DNA of 64,000 nucleotides from Gammaproteobacteria bacterium (GCA_022072255.1 JAJVHZ010000011.1:39540-103539), one strand, 5' to 3'; shown: positions 38,512-49,931, counted from the stretch's first letter. Made by a program: numbers and translations. Notes: generated by a model not told the origin, from the letters alone.

Positions 38512-41010
38512 TCAGGCTATCCTCCGCAGGACGCTGGCCGGCGGTTCCGCGAGAGCGCCGCGCAGGCCTGCCAGACCGAAGGCGCCCACGCCGAGCACGC
38601 CGGCCAGCGTGCCGATCGGCCACAGCCAGAGGTTGATCCGATAGGTGACGTGGAATACGTGTCCGGCCAGCAGCCACGCGGTCAGGCCGGCGGCGCTGGC
38701 GGCGAGCACGCCGGCGACCAGACCGATGACGATGAATTCTGCCAGCAGGCTGCGCGTGACGATCGCGCGCGCGGCGCCGAGGCTGCGGAGCAACGCGCTC
38801 TCCCGCGCGCGCTCGTCCTGCGTGGCCTGCAGGGCAGCCACGAGCACGAGCGCGCCGGCGGCAAGCGTGAACAGGAACACGAAGCGCACGGCGAGGTTCA
38901 CCCGATCCATGATCAGCCGCACCTGATCCATGACGGCGGCGACGTCGATGACGGTAACGCTCGGGAAGAGTCGCACGAGCTCGTTGAGCGCCGTACGCTC
39001 CTGCGCCGGGAGATGGAAACTGGTGATGTAGGTGGCGGGCATCTGTTCCAGCAACCCCGGCGCGGCGATCACGAAGAAATTCACGTTGAAGGAATCCCAC
39101 TGCACGTCGCGCAGGCTGGTCACCGGCGCCCTGATGGTCTCGCCGGCGATGTCGTAGGTCAGCGTGTCTCCGAGGCCGATCCCGAGCGTCTCGGCGATGC
39201 CGGATTCCATCGAGAACTGCGGCGCGGCCCCGGCCGTCTCCGGCCACCACCTGCCGGCCGTCACGACGTTGTCCGGCTGCATGCGCCCGGCCCACGAAAG
39301 GTTGAATTCGCGGTCGACGAGCCGTCGCGCGCGCGGGTCTTCATAATCCGAGGGCTGAACCGGCTGCTCGTTGATGGCGGTCAGCCGGCCGCGAACCATG
39401 GGGAACACGCCGCCGGTCTTCAGCCGGTGCCCTGCCAGGAAATCGCGCAGTGGCCCGACCTCTGCCGGCGGGATGTTGATGACGAACTGGTTGGGCGCGC
39501 CAGGCGGGATCTTCCCCTGCCAGCCGGCGATGAGGTCGCCATGCACGAGGGTGATCAACAGCATCGCCATGATGCCCAGACCCAGCGCCACTATCTGCAC
39601 GCTGCTGGTGCGCGCCCGCCTGGCGACGCTGGCAAGCCCGTAACGCCAGCTCACCCCCACGTGCCGCCGCAGGCGGCCGAGCGCCTGCACGGACAGCCAC
39701 GCCGCGATCGCCAGCGCCGCGATCGCCAGCAGGCAGCCGCCGAGCAGGTAGAGCGTGAGCGCAACGTCGCGGGCCTGCCAGGGGGCGACGGCGAGCAGCG
39801 CCAGCAGCGCCACCGCGTACACGATCGCGCTGCGTACCGGTACCGGCGCGAGGTCGCGGCGCAGCACGCGCAGCGGCGGCACGTTCTTCAGGGAGAGTAT
39901 CGGCGTCAGGGCGAAGCCGACCAGCACGAGGAAGCCGATGAGCATTGCCCCGGCGACGGCGGCGAGCGATGGCGACGGCAGCGCGCCGCCGACGAATCCG
40001 CTGAGCGTCCCCGCCAGGACATGCTGCGCGATATAGCCCAGCGCCACGCCCGCGATGCTCGCGATCGAGGCGAGCACCAGCATCTCGATCAGCAGCATGC
40101 CGGTGATGGTGGCCTGCGTGGCGCCGAGGCAGCGCATGACGGCGGCGGTGTCGAGGTGGCGTTCGGCATAGCGGCGGGCAGCGAGCGCGATCGCCACGCC
40201 GGCGACGATGACCGCCGTCAGGGCTGCCATGCCGAGGAACAGATCCGCGCGCTCCAGGGCGGTGCGAAGTTCGGGCCGGGCATCGCCGACATCGAGCACC
40301 TTCAGGCTGCGGTCGTTCAGGTGCGCCCATTGCCCGCGCAAGGCCGCGATCGCCTTCTGGTCGCCGGCCACGAGCAGGCGATGATTGACGCGGCTGCCGG
40401 GCATCACGAGTTGTGTCGCCGCGACATCGGCGAGGTTCATGATTGCGCGCGGGGCGATGCTGAAGAAGTCGCCGCCGCGGTCGGGTTCGAGCACCAGCAC
40501 CCTGTCGACGCGCAGCGCGACGGCGCCGACGGTCACGGTCTGGCCGAGGTCGATCTTCAGCGCCTGCAGCAGGCGCGCGTCCGCCCATAGCGTTCCCGGC
40601 GCCGGCACCTCGCGTACCTCGCGTGCCGCGTCGAATGGGGCGTCGGCGATGGACACGTTCCCGCGCAGGGGATAGCGTTCGTCGACGGCCTTCAATTCGG
40701 TCAGTTGCAGGCGTTCACCGCTCTGTATGACGCTGCGCATCGACAGGGTACGAGCGGTATCCAGCCCCAGTCCACGCGCGGCTTCGGCCAGCGTTTCCGG
40801 TATGGCATTGGCACTCTCCACGGCCAGATCCGCGGCCAGCAGGGCGTTGCCCTGCGCGTGGAGCGCGCGTTCGGCGCGGTCCACGAACAGACTGACCGCG
40901 CTCAGCGCCGCGACCGCGGTCAGGATCGCCACCATGATGAGTGTCAGCTCGCCGGCGCGCAGATCGCGACGGACGTTGCCGAGACCGAGCCTGAGCATGC
41001 GGGCAATCAT
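38512..41010 (-). CDS. ybbP: ABC transporter permease, YbbP/FtsX-like with two FtsX domains
   Basis: About 830 aa with repeated FtsX 4-TM modules. ATG overlaps the upstream ATPase stop (ATGA). Confidence 0.75.
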   Translation of the reverse strand: MIARMLRLGLGNVRRDLRAGELTLIMVAILTAVAALSAVSLFVDRAERALHAQGNALLAADLAVESANAIPETLAEAARGLGLDTARTLSMRSVIQSGERLQLTELKAVDERYPLRGNVSIADAPFDAAREVREVPAPGTLWADARLLQALKIDLGQTVTVGAVALRVDRVLVLEPDRGGDFFSIAPRAIMNLADVAATQLVMPGSRVNHRLLVAGDQKAIAALRGQWAHLNDRSLKVLDVGDARPELRTALERADLFLGMAALTAVIVAGVAIALAARRYAERHLDTAAVMRCLGATQATITGMLLIEMLVLASIASIAGVALGYIAQHVLAGTLSGFVGGALPSPSLAAVAGAMLIGFLVLVGFALTPILSLKNVPPLRVLRRDLAPVPVRSAIVYAVALLALLAVAPWQARDVALTLYLLGGCLLAIAALAIAAWLSVQALGRLRRHVGVSWRYGLASVARRARTSSVQIVALGLGIMAMLLITLVHGDLIAGWQGKIPPGAPNQFVINIPPAEVGPLRDFLAGHRLKTGGVFPMVRGRLTAINEQPVQPSDYEDPRARRLVDREFNLSWAGRMQPDNVVTAGRWWPETAGAAPQFSMESGIAETLGIGLGDTLTYDIAGETIRAPVTSLRDVQWDSFNVNFFVIAAPGLLEQMPATYITSFHLPAQERTALNELVRLFPSVTVIDVAAVMDQVRLIMDRVNLAVRFVFLFTLAAGALVLVAALQATQDERARESALLRSLGAARAIVTRSLLAEFIVIGLVAGVLAASAAGLTAWLLAGHVFHVTYRINLWLWPIGTLAGVLGVGAFGLAGLRGALAEPPASVLRRIA

Positions 41011-41696
41011 GGCGAGGTCAGCATGCGTCCTGCGGTCAGCGTGATCCGGCGTTCGCAACGCGTCGCCAGTTTCATGTCGTGAGTGACGAGCACCAGCGTG
41101 GTCCCGGCCTCCTCACGCAGCGAGAACAGCAGATCGGCGATCAGCGCGCCGCTCGTGGCGTCGAGATTGCCGGTGGGCTCGTCGGCGAACAGGATACGCG
41201 GCCGCGTGACGAAGGCCCGGGCGATGGCCACGCGCTGCTGCTCGCCGCCGGAGAGCTGGTTCGGGTAATGATCGGTGCGCTCCTCAAGTCCGACGCGCGC
41301 GAGGATCGCCTCGGCCTGCACCGCGGCATCCGCGCGGCCCGCGAGCTCCAGCGGCAACATCACGTTTTCCCTGGCGGTCATGCTGTGCAGGAGCTGAAAG
41401 TTCTGGAAGACGAAACCGACGCGGCGGGCGCGCAGCGCCGCGCGTCCATCCTCGTCGAGCGAGTTCAGATCGACGCCGTCCAGCAACACTCGACCGCGAG
41501 TCGGGGTGTCCAGCCCGGCAAGCAGGCTTAGCAGCGTGGACTTGCCCGATCCGGACACACCGACGACCGCCACCGCCTCGGAGGGGTGTATTAGAAAGCT
41601 GATATCATCGAGTATCGTCAGGTCGCCCGACGGGCTGCGCACGGTCTTGCCGAGCGCGTCCGCGAGTATGATCGGCTTATCGATGGCCTCTACCAT
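41007..41696 (-). CDS. ybbA: ABC transporter ATP-binding protein (YbbA/LolD-like)
   Basis: Walker [10 protein letters not shown], signature [14 protein letters not shown] and Walker [12 protein letters not shown]. Confidence 0.85.
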   Translation of the reverse strand: MVEAIDKPIILADALGKTVRSPSGDLTILDDISFLIHPSEAVAVVGVSGSGKSTLLSLLAGLDTPTRGRVLLDGVDLNSLDEDGRAALRARRVGFVFQNFQLLHSMTARENVMLPLELAGRADAAVQAEAILARVGLEERTDHYPNQLSGGEQQRVAIARAFVTRPRILFADEPTGNLDATSGALIADLLFSLREEAGTTLVLVTHDMKLATRCERRITLTAGRMLTSP

Positions 41697-42372
41697 GCGC
41701 TGGTGTCGTGGATTTCTCATTGGTCTGTGGATGCTTTCCGCACCAGCCGCTGGTGAATCGGTGGACCGGAGCGCCGGCGACGCCGACAGCCCGGCGCCTG
41801 TCGTGCTGGTGCTGGGCGACAGTCTGAGCGCGGCCTACGGATTGCGGGTCGACCGGGGCTGGGTAAGCCTTTTCGAACAGCGGCTGCGGCAACAAGGTTA
41901 TCCGCACCGCGTGCGCAATGCGAGCGTCAGCGGCGAGACCACGCGCGGCGCGCTCGATCGGCTCGAGCCGGCTTTGAAGAAGCACAACCCGTCAATCGTC
42001 ATCATCGAGCTGGGTGCCAATGACGGACTGCGCGGCCAGTCCCTGGAGGAGATGACCGCCAACCTGGGCGAGATCGTCGATCTCTCGCGCCGCCATGGAG
42101 CTACTCCGCTGCTGCTCCGCATGCGCCTGCCACCCAACTATGGACCGGCTTACATCGAAAAGTTCGTCGCGGTCTACGAAGCAGTCGGCCGGGACTGGAA
42201 CGTGCCGCTGTCGAGATTCATGCTGGACGGCGTATCGGGCAATCCACAGTTCACCCAGGACGACGGTCTGCACCCGAATGAGATCGCGCAGCCGCGGATA
42301 CTCGATAACGTCTGGCCGGCCATCGAACCGCTGCTGCAGGAGACGCGTACCGCGCAGATGAAATCTCCATGA
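41695..42372 (+). CDS. tesA: SGNH-family arylesterase / thioesterase I / lysophospholipase L1
   Basis: GDSLSAAYG (catalytic Ser in GDSL), GANDGLRG and DGLHPN motifs. Has a signal peptide. Divergent from ybbA as in E. coli. Confidence 0.8.
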   Translation: MRWCRGFLIGLWMLSAPAAGESVDRSAGDADSPAPVVLVLGDSLSAAYGLRVDRGWVSLFEQRLRQQGYPHRVRNASVSGETTRGALDRLEPALKKHNPSIVIIELGANDGLRGQSLEEMTANLGEIVDLSRRHGATPLLLRMRLPPNYGPAYIEKFVAVYEAVGRDWNVPLSRFMLDGVSGNPQFTQDDGLHPNEIAQPRILDNVWPAIEPLLQETRTAQMKSP

Positions 42373-42938
42373 GATACTGCAGCCACTGCGGTCAGCCCGT
42401 GACGCGCATGGTCCCCGAGGGCGACAACCGCGAGCGCCACGTATGCTCCGCGTGCGCGACCGTTCACTACCAGAATCCCAAGGTCGTGGCCGGATGCATC
42501 GTGGAATGGGAGGGTCGAATCCTGCTCTGCCGCCGCGCCATCGAGCCGCGTTACGGCCTGTGGACCCTGCCCGCCGGGTTCATGGAGAACGACGAGACCA
42601 CGGGGGAGGCGGCGATACGCGAGACACACGAGGAGGCGGACGCGTGCGTCGAGCTGCTGGACCTGCACACCCTGCTCAGCCTGCCGCATGCCAACCAGGT
42701 CTACATGATGTACCGCGCGCGCCTGCTCGAACCGAGCTTCGGCCCGACGCACGAGAGTCTCGAGGTCCGGCTCTTCAGCGAGGCCGACATTCCCTGGAAC
42801 GAGCTCGCGTTCCCGACGATCCTGCACACGCTCAGGTTCTACTACGAAGACCGCCGCCAAGGGCGATTCGGAGTGCACGTCGGCGACATCGTCCGGCGCG
42901 AGGGTACCGCGGAGTTTCATCACCGCCGGCCGCGCTAG
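42369..42938 (+). CDS. NUDIX hydrolase with N-terminal zinc ribbon
   Basis: CSHCGQ...CSAC zinc ribbon, then Nudix box GGFMENDETTGEAAIRETHEEA. Start overlaps the tesA stop. Confidence 0.75.
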   Translation: MRYCSHCGQPVTRMVPEGDNRERHVCSACATVHYQNPKVVAGCIVEWEGRILLCRRAIEPRYGLWTLPAGFMENDETTGEAAIRETHEEADACVELLDLHTLLSLPHANQVYMMYRARLLEPSFGPTHESLEVRLFSEADIPWNELAFPTILHTLRFYYEDRRQGRFGVHVGDIVRREGTAEFHHRRPR

Positions 42939-42986
42939 CGCGGCCGGCGGGCTCCCGGGCAGTGACGCGTCGGCGTCAGCCGGCGG

Positions 42987-44315
42987 TCAGGAGGCCGTGC
43001 GGATGAGGCCGGCGGCGGCGGTCTGGTTGGAGAATGCGTCGATCAGGATGAAGCGGCCGAGCGACGCATCCTCGGTGAACAGCGCACACGGCACGGGCTG
43101 AGCCAGCGCGATCCGCAGCTGGCCGATTTCGTTCAAGGTGAACGGCTGATCGTGCGGCACACGCCGGACCCCGGCGAGATCGAGCTTGTCGTCCACACCC
43201 TGCACCCTGGCCTGTACGGTGCGGGCGCCGAGCTTCAGCCAGTATTTCTTCGACGGATTCATCGCGTCGGTGTCGAGCCAGCAGATATCGGCGATCAGTT
43301 GCCTTGCCGACGTCGGCTGGGTGCCCGAGGCCAGCACGTCTCCACGCGAGGCATCGACGTTCTCGTTCAGCGTGACCGTGACGCTCTGCCCGGCGGCCGC
43401 CTGCGACAGCTCGGTCTCGTAGAGGCTGATCGAGCGCACCGTGACCGTGAGGCCGGCCGGGAGGACCTGCACGGTGTCGCCGACGCACAGCGTGCCGCTG
43501 GCAACGAAGCCCTGCAGCCCGCGTAATCCGTCGACCGCGCTACCTGCGGCGGTTTCGGCGCCATAGACGCGCTGCACGCGCTGGACGACGAAGCGGCAGG
43601 GGCCATGCATGCCGGCACGGCCGGCAGGCAGGCGCTCGAGATGCTCGAGCAACGCCGGGCCGCGGTACCAGGGCATGCGCTCGCTCTGCTCGACGACGTT
43701 GTCGCCCTCCAGCGCCGAAACCGGCACGAAGACCGGCTCGGGGAGCGACAGGCGGCGCGCGAGTTCAACGTAGGCGTCGCGGATACCGATGAAGACGTCT
43801 TCGTCGAAATCCATGCGGTCCATCTTGTTGATCGCCACGATGAGGTGGCGGATGCCGAGCAGGCCGGCTATCGCGCTGTGGCGGCGCGTCTGCGACAGCA
43901 ACTCCGCGACGCCGTTTTCGATTTTCACGCGGGTGGGATCGATCAGCACCACGATCGCATCGGCGGTGCTGGCGGCGGTGACCATGTTGCGCGTGTACTG
44001 TTCGTGTCCCGGGGCGTCGGCGACGATGAACTTGCGCGAGCCGGTGGAGAAGTATCGATAGGCGACGTCGATCGTGATGCCCTGCTCGCGTTCGGCCTCG
44101 AGACCGTCGGTCAGCAGTGAAAGATCCAGCACGCCGGCCTCGGTGCGCTTGTGTTTGGCGCGTTCCAGCGACTGCACCTGATCAGCGAGCACGGCCTTGC
44201 TGTCGTAGAGTATGCGGCCGATGAGCGTGCTCTTGCCGTCGTCCACCGATCCGGCGGTCAGGAACCGCAGCACGCCATGGGAGGAGTGCGCGTGGTCGTA
44301 TTCGTGCGCGGACAT
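42987..44315 (-). CDS. cysN: Sulfate adenylyltransferase subunit 1 (GTPase)
   Basis: GSVDDGKST G1 motif, DAPGH and NKMD motifs. 443 aa. GGAGGGG upstream. Overlaps the cysD stop by 1 nt. Confidence 0.9.
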   Translation of the reverse strand: MSAHEYDHAHSSHGVLRFLTAGSVDDGKSTLIGRILYDSKAVLADQVQSLERAKHKRTEAGVLDLSLLTDGLEAEREQGITIDVAYRYFSTGSRKFIVADAPGHEQYTRNMVTAASTADAIVVLIDPTRVKIENGVAELLSQTRRHSAIAGLLGIRHLIVAINKMDRMDFDEDVFIGIRDAYVELARRLSLPEPVFVPVSALEGDNVVEQSERMPWYRGPALLEHLERLPAGRAGMHGPCRFVVQRVQRVYGAETAAGSAVDGLRGLQGFVASGTLCVGDTVQVLPAGLTVTVRSISLYETELSQAAAGQSVTVTLNENVDASRGDVLASGTQPTSARQLIADICWLDTDAMNPSKKYWLKLGARTVQARVQGVDDKLDLAGVRRVPHDQPFTLNEIGQLRIALAQPVPCALFTEDASLGRFILIDAFSNQTAAAGLIRTAS

Positions 44316-45226
44316 CAGAAATACCCCTCCTTCTTGCGGCGCTCCATCGATGCCTCCGAGGTCTGGTCGTCCATGCGCGTGGCGCCGCGCTCGGTGATCT
44401 CCGTCAGCGCCGTCTCGGCGATGATCGCGTCGATCGTCCTGGCGGTGCTGGCGACCGGGCACGTGCACGAGATGTCACCGACCGTGCGGAAGCGCACCGA
44501 TCGCGTCACGATCGCCTCGCCCTCCTCGGGCGGGGTGATGGGTGTGACCGGCACGAGCAGACCGCGGCGCGGGATAACCTGACGCTCGTGAGCGTAGTAG
44601 ATGGGCGGCAGCGGGATATTCTCGCGCTCGATGTACTGCCAGACGTCCAGTTCCGTCCAGTTCGAGATCGGGAACACCCGCATGTTCTCGCCCTTGTGCA
44701 GCTTGGTGTTGTACAGGTTCCACAGCTCGGGCCGCTGGTTGCGGGGATCCCACTGACCGAAGGCGTCGCGGTGCGAGAAAATCCGCTCCTTGGCGCGGGC
44801 CTTCTCCTCGTCACGGCGCGCGCCGCCCAGCAGCGCGTCGAATCCGTGCTCCTCGATGGCCTCCAGCAGGGTCACCGCCTGCGCGGCGTTGCGCGAGGCG
44901 AGGGGATGCGGCAGCGACACCGTGCCGCGCCGGATGGACTCCTCCACCGCGGCCACCACCAGCCGCTCGCCGAGCCCGGCGATGCGTCGATTGCGGAAAT
45001 CGATGACCTCCGGGAAATTGTGACCGGTGTCCACATGCAGGAGGGGGAACGGCAGCTTTTCCGGCCGGAAAGCCTTCAGGGCGAGATGCAGCACGACGCA
45101 GGAATCCTTGCCGGCGGAGAACAGCAGCGCGGCCTTTTCGAATTCGGCCGCGACCTCGCGCAGGATGTAGATGGATTCGGCTTCCAGCCAGTCGAGATGG
45201 GTTTGGTCCAGGGTGCGAATGGTCAT
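44315..45226 (-). CDS. cysD: Sulfate adenylyltransferase subunit 2
   Basis: MTIRTLDQTHLDWLEAESIYILREVAAEFEKAALLFSAGKDS carries the PAPS-reductase-like P-loop SAGKDS. Confidence 0.9.
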   Translation of the reverse strand: MTIRTLDQTHLDWLEAESIYILREVAAEFEKAALLFSAGKDSCVVLHLALKAFRPEKLPFPLLHVDTGHNFPEVIDFRNRRIAGLGERLVVAAVEESIRRGTVSLPHPLASRNAAQAVTLLEAIEEHGFDALLGGARRDEEKARAKERIFSHRDAFGQWDPRNQRPELWNLYNTKLHKGENMRVFPISNWTELDVWQYIERENIPLPPIYYAHERQVIPRRGLLVPVTPITPPEEGEAIVTRSVRFRTVGDISCTCPVASTARTIDAIIAETALTEITERGATRMDDQTSEASMERRKKEGYF

Positions 45227-45472
45227 ATCACTGCCGTCAGTCACTACGGGGGGTCTGCAGCGCGCGAGACGGCGCCGCTGCCCGGCGCGCTGCCGCTCTG
45301 CAAAGGCCGTCATTATAACGTAGCCCCATTGATTCACCATCGATTACAGTGAGATAGGCCACACAGACGAGCTCTGCCTGCGCCCTTCGCAGGGGTTGTC
45401 CGCGGCATCGCGAGAGGGTCCCGGCCCGTACCGGTGACGCTATACTGGCGTGGGAAACGCAAGAGGTGCGCC

Positions 45473-45814
45473 ATGTCCAAGAGCATTTTCGCCAAGATCA
45501 TCGATCGGGAGATCCCGGCCCGGATCGTTCACGAGGACGATCTCTGTGTGGCCTTTCACGACGCGGCGCCGCGGGCGCCCATGCACATCCTGGTGGTGCC
45601 CAGGAAGCCGATCGCCATGCTCGGCGAGGCATCCCCCGAGGATCGCGAGTTGCTGGGGCATCTCATGGTGACGGCAGCGGGTATCGCCAAAGCGCAGGGC
45701 CACGGGGACGCCTTCCGGCTGGTCGTGAACAATGGTGAGGGCGCCGGCCAGACGGTCTTCCATCTGCACGTGCACCTGCTCGGTGGCCGCACCTTCAGCT
45801 GGCCGCCGGGGTGA
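45473..45814 (+). CDS. HIT family protein (histidine triad nucleotide-binding)
   Basis: MSKSIFAKIIDREIPA start and an HLHVHLLGG histidine triad. Confidence 0.85.
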   Translation: MSKSIFAKIIDREIPARIVHEDDLCVAFHDAAPRAPMHILVVPRKPIAMLGEASPEDRELLGHLMVTAAGIAKAQGHGDAFRLVVNNGEGAGQTVFHLHVHLLGGRTFSWPPG

Positions 45815-45882
45815 TCCGCCGCGCCGGGCCGCGGAGGTCGGGCGGCCGTCAGGCGGCGGGACGCCCGGCCGCCGGCAAGGGG

Positions 45883-47145
45883 CTAGGAGGTGCGCTTCAT
45901 CGAATCGAAGAAGTCGTCGTTGTTCTTGGTGGCCTTCAGACGTTCGAGCAGGAATTCCGCCGCGGCAATCTCGTCCATGGGCGCCAGTAGCTTGCGCAGG
46001 ATCCACATCTTCTGAAGCTCGTCGGCCGGCACCAGCAGTTCCTCGCGTCGGGTGCCGGAGCGGTTGATGTTGATGGCCGGAAAGATGCGCCGCTCGGCGA
46101 TCTTGCGCTCCAGGTGCAGTTCCATGTTGCCCGTGCCCTTGAACTCCTCGTAGATGACGTCATCCATGCGCGAGCCGGTGTCGATGAGCGCGGTGGCGAG
46201 AATGGTGAGCGAGCCGCCCTCCTCGATGTTGCGCGCCGCGCCGAAGAAGCGCTTCGGTCGCTGCAGGGCGTTGGCGTCGACGCCGCCCGTGAGCACCTTG
46301 CCCGAGGAGGGTACGACGGTGTTGTAGGCGCGGGCCAGGCGGGTGATCGAATCGAGCAGGATCACCACATCGCGTTTGTGCTCGACCAGCCGCTTGGCCT
46401 TCTCGATTACCATCTCGGCGACCTGAACGTGCCGGGTCGCGGGTTCATCGAAGGTGCTGGATACGACTTCGCCGCGGACCGAGCGTTCCATCTCGGTCAC
46501 TTCCTCGGGCCGTTCGTCGATCAACAGGACGATGAGATAGCAGTCGGGATGGTTGGTGACGATGGACTGCGCGAGGCTCTGCAGCAGCATCGTCTTGCCG
46601 GCCTTCGGTGGCGAGACGATGAGGCCGCGCTGTCCCTTGCCGATCGGCGCCACCAGGTCGACCACGCGTGGCGTCAGATCCTCGGTGCTGCCGTTGCCGC
46701 GCTCCAGCGCCAGGCGCTTGTTGGCAAACAGCGGCGTGAGATTCTCGAACAGAACCTTGTTCTTGGCGTTCTCGGGCGGCTCGAAGTTGATCTCGCTGAC
46801 CTTGAGCAGGGCGAAGTAGCGCTCGCCCTCCTTCGGCGGCCGGATGGTGCCCGAGATGCTGTCGCCGGTGCGCAGGTTGAAACGCCGGATCTGGCTGGGT
46901 GACACGTAGATGTCGTCCGGGCCCGCCAGATAGGAGCAGTCCGCCGACCGCAGGAACCCGAAACCGTCCTGCAGTATCTCGAGGACGCCATCGCCCCAGA
47001 TTTCATCGCCCTTTTTCGCCTGGGCCTTGAGTATGCCGAAGATGACGTCCTGCTTGCGGGAGCGCGCGGCTCCTTCGATACCGAGTCCTTCGGCCAGTGA
47101 GATGAGTTCTGATGCGGGTTTGCGTTTGAGTTCCGTAAGGTTCAT
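45883..47145 (-). CDS. rho: Transcription termination factor Rho
   Basis: 420 aa beginning [26 protein letters not shown]. Contains an OB-fold RNA-binding region and an ATPase domain with GKT. Confidence 0.97.
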   Translation of the reverse strand: MNLTELKRKPASELISLAEGLGIEGAARSRKQDVIFGILKAQAKKGDEIWGDGVLEILQDGFGFLRSADCSYLAGPDDIYVSPSQIRRFNLRTGDSISGTIRPPKEGERYFALLKVSEINFEPPENAKNKVLFENLTPLFANKRLALERGNGSTEDLTPRVVDLVAPIGKGQRGLIVSPPKAGKTMLLQSLAQSIVTNHPDCYLIVLLIDERPEEVTEMERSVRGEVVSSTFDEPATRHVQVAEMVIEKAKRLVEHKRDVVILLDSITRLARAYNTVVPSSGKVLTGGVDANALQRPKRFFGAARNIEEGGSLTILATALIDTGSRMDDVIYEEFKGTGNMELHLERKIAERRIFPAININRSGTRREELLVPADELQKMWILRKLLAPMDEIAAAEFLLERLKATKNNDDFFDSMKRTS

Positions 47146-47372
47146 GGATGATATGGCGTGCTTGAGAACATGGACGTGCGAGGCGCAGCCGGCACGGTTA
47201 CGACGTTAATTGGAAATCTTGAACTGGAAGATGTGCCGGAGTCGGCGGGGCACAGCAACTGCTTTACGGCTTTAAGGAGAAAGCTAGCACGGCATCCGCC
47301 ATTCGTCCAGTGCCACGGCGGAATCGGCTGCCTGAACGGCGCCGCGACGCGCGAGGGCGTGCCGGGGGCACC
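47146..47372 (-). promoter_or_regulatory. rho 5' leader / trxA-rho intergenic region (site of Rho autogenous attenuation in other gammaproteobacteria)
   Basis: A 227-nt untranslated region between the trxA stop and the rho ATG. C-rich and G-poor segments on the transcribed strand. Confidence 0.4.
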
Positions 47373-47702
47373 TCAAATGTTGCCGTCGATGAACGCCGCG
47401 AGCTGCGATTTGGACAGGGCGCCAACCTTGGTGGCCGCCACGCCGCCATCCTTGAAGAGCATCAGGGTGGGAATGCCGCGGATGTTGAACTTCGTCGCCG
47501 TGTCGCGGTTCTCGTCGATATTCACCTTGGCGACCTTGATCCGGCCGGCGTAGTCCTGCGAGATCTCGTCCAGTATCGGGGCGATCATGCGGCAGGGACC
47601 GCACCATTCCGCCCAGTAATCCACGAGCACCGGTATCTGCGAGTTGAGCACGTCGGCATCGAAGCTGGCATCGGTCACGTGGAAAATATTGTCACCACTC
47701 AT
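47373..47702 (-). CDS. trxA: Thioredoxin 1
   Basis: 109 aa with the WCGPC active site. Confidence 0.95.
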   Translation of the reverse strand: MSGDNIFHVTDASFDADVLNSQIPVLVDYWAEWCGPCRMIAPILDEISQDYAGRIKVAKVNIDENRDTATKFNIRGIPTLMLFKDGGVAATKVGALSKSQLAAFIDGNI

Positions 47703-47798
47703 GCGTCATATCTTTCCGGATAGGAACCGCCCTCATTCTCAGGCCAATGCCCGGCGGGATGCAAGGGCGCACCCCAGCGGAGCCGATCAGATTACGCT

Positions 47799-49127
47799 AT
47801 GCTAGCCGCCATGATTGATACCGATACGGAAAAACACACCCAATTCGAAGGCTTGGGGCTGCACCCCCAGTTGTTGCAGGGCGTGAAGACGGCCGGATTC
47901 GTCCGCTGTACGCCGATCCAGGCGGGGACCCTGCCCTTGGCGCTGGCGGGCCAGGACGTCGCCGGGCAGGCGCAGACCGGCACCGGCAAGACCGCGGCAT
48001 TCCTGCTGGCGCTGATGCAGCGCCTGATGCAAGAGCCGGCCCTCGAGCACCGCAAACCGAATCAGCCCCGCGCCATCGTCCTGGCGCCGACGCGCGAGCT
48101 CGCCATCCAGATCCACAAGGACGCGCAGGTGCTCGGGCAGTACACCGGCCTGAAGATGGCGCTGGTCTACGGCGGCGTGGACTACGACAAGCAGCGCGCC
48201 GAGCTGCAGGCGGGCGTCGAAATCCTGATCGGCACGCCCGGACGCATCATCGACTATTTCAAGCAACACGTCTTCGACCTGCGCGCCATCGAGGTGATGG
48301 TGCTGGACGAGGCCGATCGCATGTTCGACCTTGGCTTCATCAAGGACATCAGGTTCCTGCTGCGGCGGATGCCTGCCCCGGAGCGGCGACTGTCGATGCT
48401 GTTCTCAGCGACCCTGTCCCTGCGCGTCCAGGAGCTCGCCTACGAACACATGAACAATCCGCGCCTGGTCGAGGTGAATCCCGACAAGGTCACGGTCGAT
48501 GCCGTCGCCCAGGTGCTCTACCACGTCGAGAACCGCGAAAAGCTGCGGCTGCTTATGGGGCTGCTGCGCCGGATCAATCCCGTGCGCACGCTGGTGTTCG
48601 TCAATACCAAACGGGCCGCCGACCTGGTCGCCGACACCCTGCGCAGCAACAGCTGCGAGGCGCGCGTGCTGTCGGGCGACGTCCCCCAGAAGAAGCGACA
48701 ATCACTGCTGGCGCGCTTCGCGCGCGGCGAGCTGCCGGTGCTCGTCGCCACCGACGTGGCCGCGCGCGGTCTGCACATCCCGGGCGTCAGCCACGTGATC
48801 AATTACGACCTGCCGCAGAACGGCGAGGACTACGTGCATCGCATCGGCCGCACCGCTCGCGCCGGGGCCACGGGCGATGCCATCAGCCTCGCCTGCGAGG
48901 ACTATGTCTATTCGCTGATGGACATCGAGGAATACATCGGCCACCGCATCCCGACGGAGAAGATCACCGAGGGCCTGGTGGTGGAGCTCAAGCCGATCGC
49001 CCGAGAGGAGCGTACGGAACGCCCGCGCAGCGCCCGACCACACCGTGGCGGGCCCAGTCGAGGAGGCGGGGGCGGGGGGCGGCGCGGGCGCGCGCGCGGT
49101 CCGCGCGCGGCACAACCCGCCGGCTGA
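47799..49127 (+). CDS. rhlB: ATP-dependent RNA helicase RhlB (DEAD-box)
   Basis: Q-motif, [15 protein letters not shown] and HRIGRTAR motifs, plus an Arg/Gly-rich C-terminal tail. Divergent from trxA-rho as in E. coli. Confidence 0.85.
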   Translation: MLAAMIDTDTEKHTQFEGLGLHPQLLQGVKTAGFVRCTPIQAGTLPLALAGQDVAGQAQTGTGKTAAFLLALMQRLMQEPALEHRKPNQPRAIVLAPTRELAIQIHKDAQVLGQYTGLKMALVYGGVDYDKQRAELQAGVEILIGTPGRIIDYFKQHVFDLRAIEVMVLDEADRMFDLGFIKDIRFLLRRMPAPERRLSMLFSATLSLRVQELAYEHMNNPRLVEVNPDKVTVDAVAQVLYHVENREKLRLLMGLLRRINPVRTLVFVNTKRAADLVADTLRSNSCEARVLSGDVPQKKRQSLLARFARGELPVLVATDVAARGLHIPGVSHVINYDLPQNGEDYVHRIGRTARAGATGDAISLACEDYVYSLMDIEEYIGHRIPTEKITEGLVVELKPIAREERTERPRSARPHRGGPSRGGGGGGRRGRARGPRAAQPAG

Positions 49128-49151
49128 TGACGCACCGCCGGCGCGGGGTTG

Positions 49152-49823
49152 TCAGGCCGGCAGTCGCTGTCTCAACCAGCGCGAGATGTCGGCTACCTCC
49201 TCCTCACACACCGAGTGCGGCATGGGGTAGCTGCGCCACTCCACCCTGTAGCCGGAGGCCTTGAGCAGTCTGGCGGATGCCTCACCCTGGTGGGCAGGGA
49301 TGATCGGGTCGAAACTGCCATGGGCCATGAAGATCGGGACACTGCCGTTGGCCGGGCTGGCCTCGGCCGGGAGCGTCATCGGCAGCGGCAGGTAGGTGGA
49401 AAGGGCCAGAATCCCGCCAAGAGGTTCGTGGTGGCGCAGGCCGGCGAACAGCGCCACCGCCCCGCCCTGGGAAAACCCGGCAACCACGATCCGTCTGCTG
49501 TCTATGCCGAGCGCCCCCTGCCCGGCGATGTGCTCACTCAGGATCCTGGCGGAGTCCCGGATGCCGGCCTCGTCTTCGCGCCGGGTGAGATCGTTCTCTG
49601 CGACGTCGTACCAGCCACGCATCGCCATGCCACGATTGATGGTAATGGGTCTCACCGGCGCGTGCGGGAAGACGAAGCGGATACCGTGGTTGGAGGGCAG
49701 ATCGAGCTCCGCCACCATGGGTTCGAAATCATGACCGTCGGCGCCCAGGCCGTGCAGCCAGATCACCGATGCCGTGGCCTCGCCGGCGCCTTCGACAATC
49801 ACGGGTGGCGGTGTGCTGGTCAT
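49152..49823 (-). CDS. Alpha/beta hydrolase: phospholipase/carboxylesterase family
   Basis: GFSQGG nucleophile elbow. About 224 aa from MTSTPPPVIV. Confidence 0.75.
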   Translation of the reverse strand: MTSTPPPVIVEGAGEATASVIWLHGLGADGHDFEPMVAELDLPSNHGIRFVFPHAPVRPITINRGMAMRGWYDVAENDLTRREDEAGIRDSARILSEHIAGQGALGIDSRRIVVAGFSQGGAVALFAGLRHHEPLGGILALSTYLPLPMTLPAEASPANGSVPIFMAHGSFDPIIPAHQGEASARLLKASGYRVEWRSYPMPHSVCEEEVADISRWLRQRLPA

Positions 49824-49931
49824 GGGACGGGCGATCGCCGGGCGGTCAGGTAGGAATTCTCCGGCGCCCAATCTATCATGCCGTCAGCGCGGCGATGCCC
49901 GCCGCCACAGAAATTCACCCGACACGCACTC

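Noticed and set aside
38650-40590. 646-aa plus-strand ORF opposite the ybbP permease
   Set aside because: Antisense to the FtsX-type permease. Charged low-complexity artefact.
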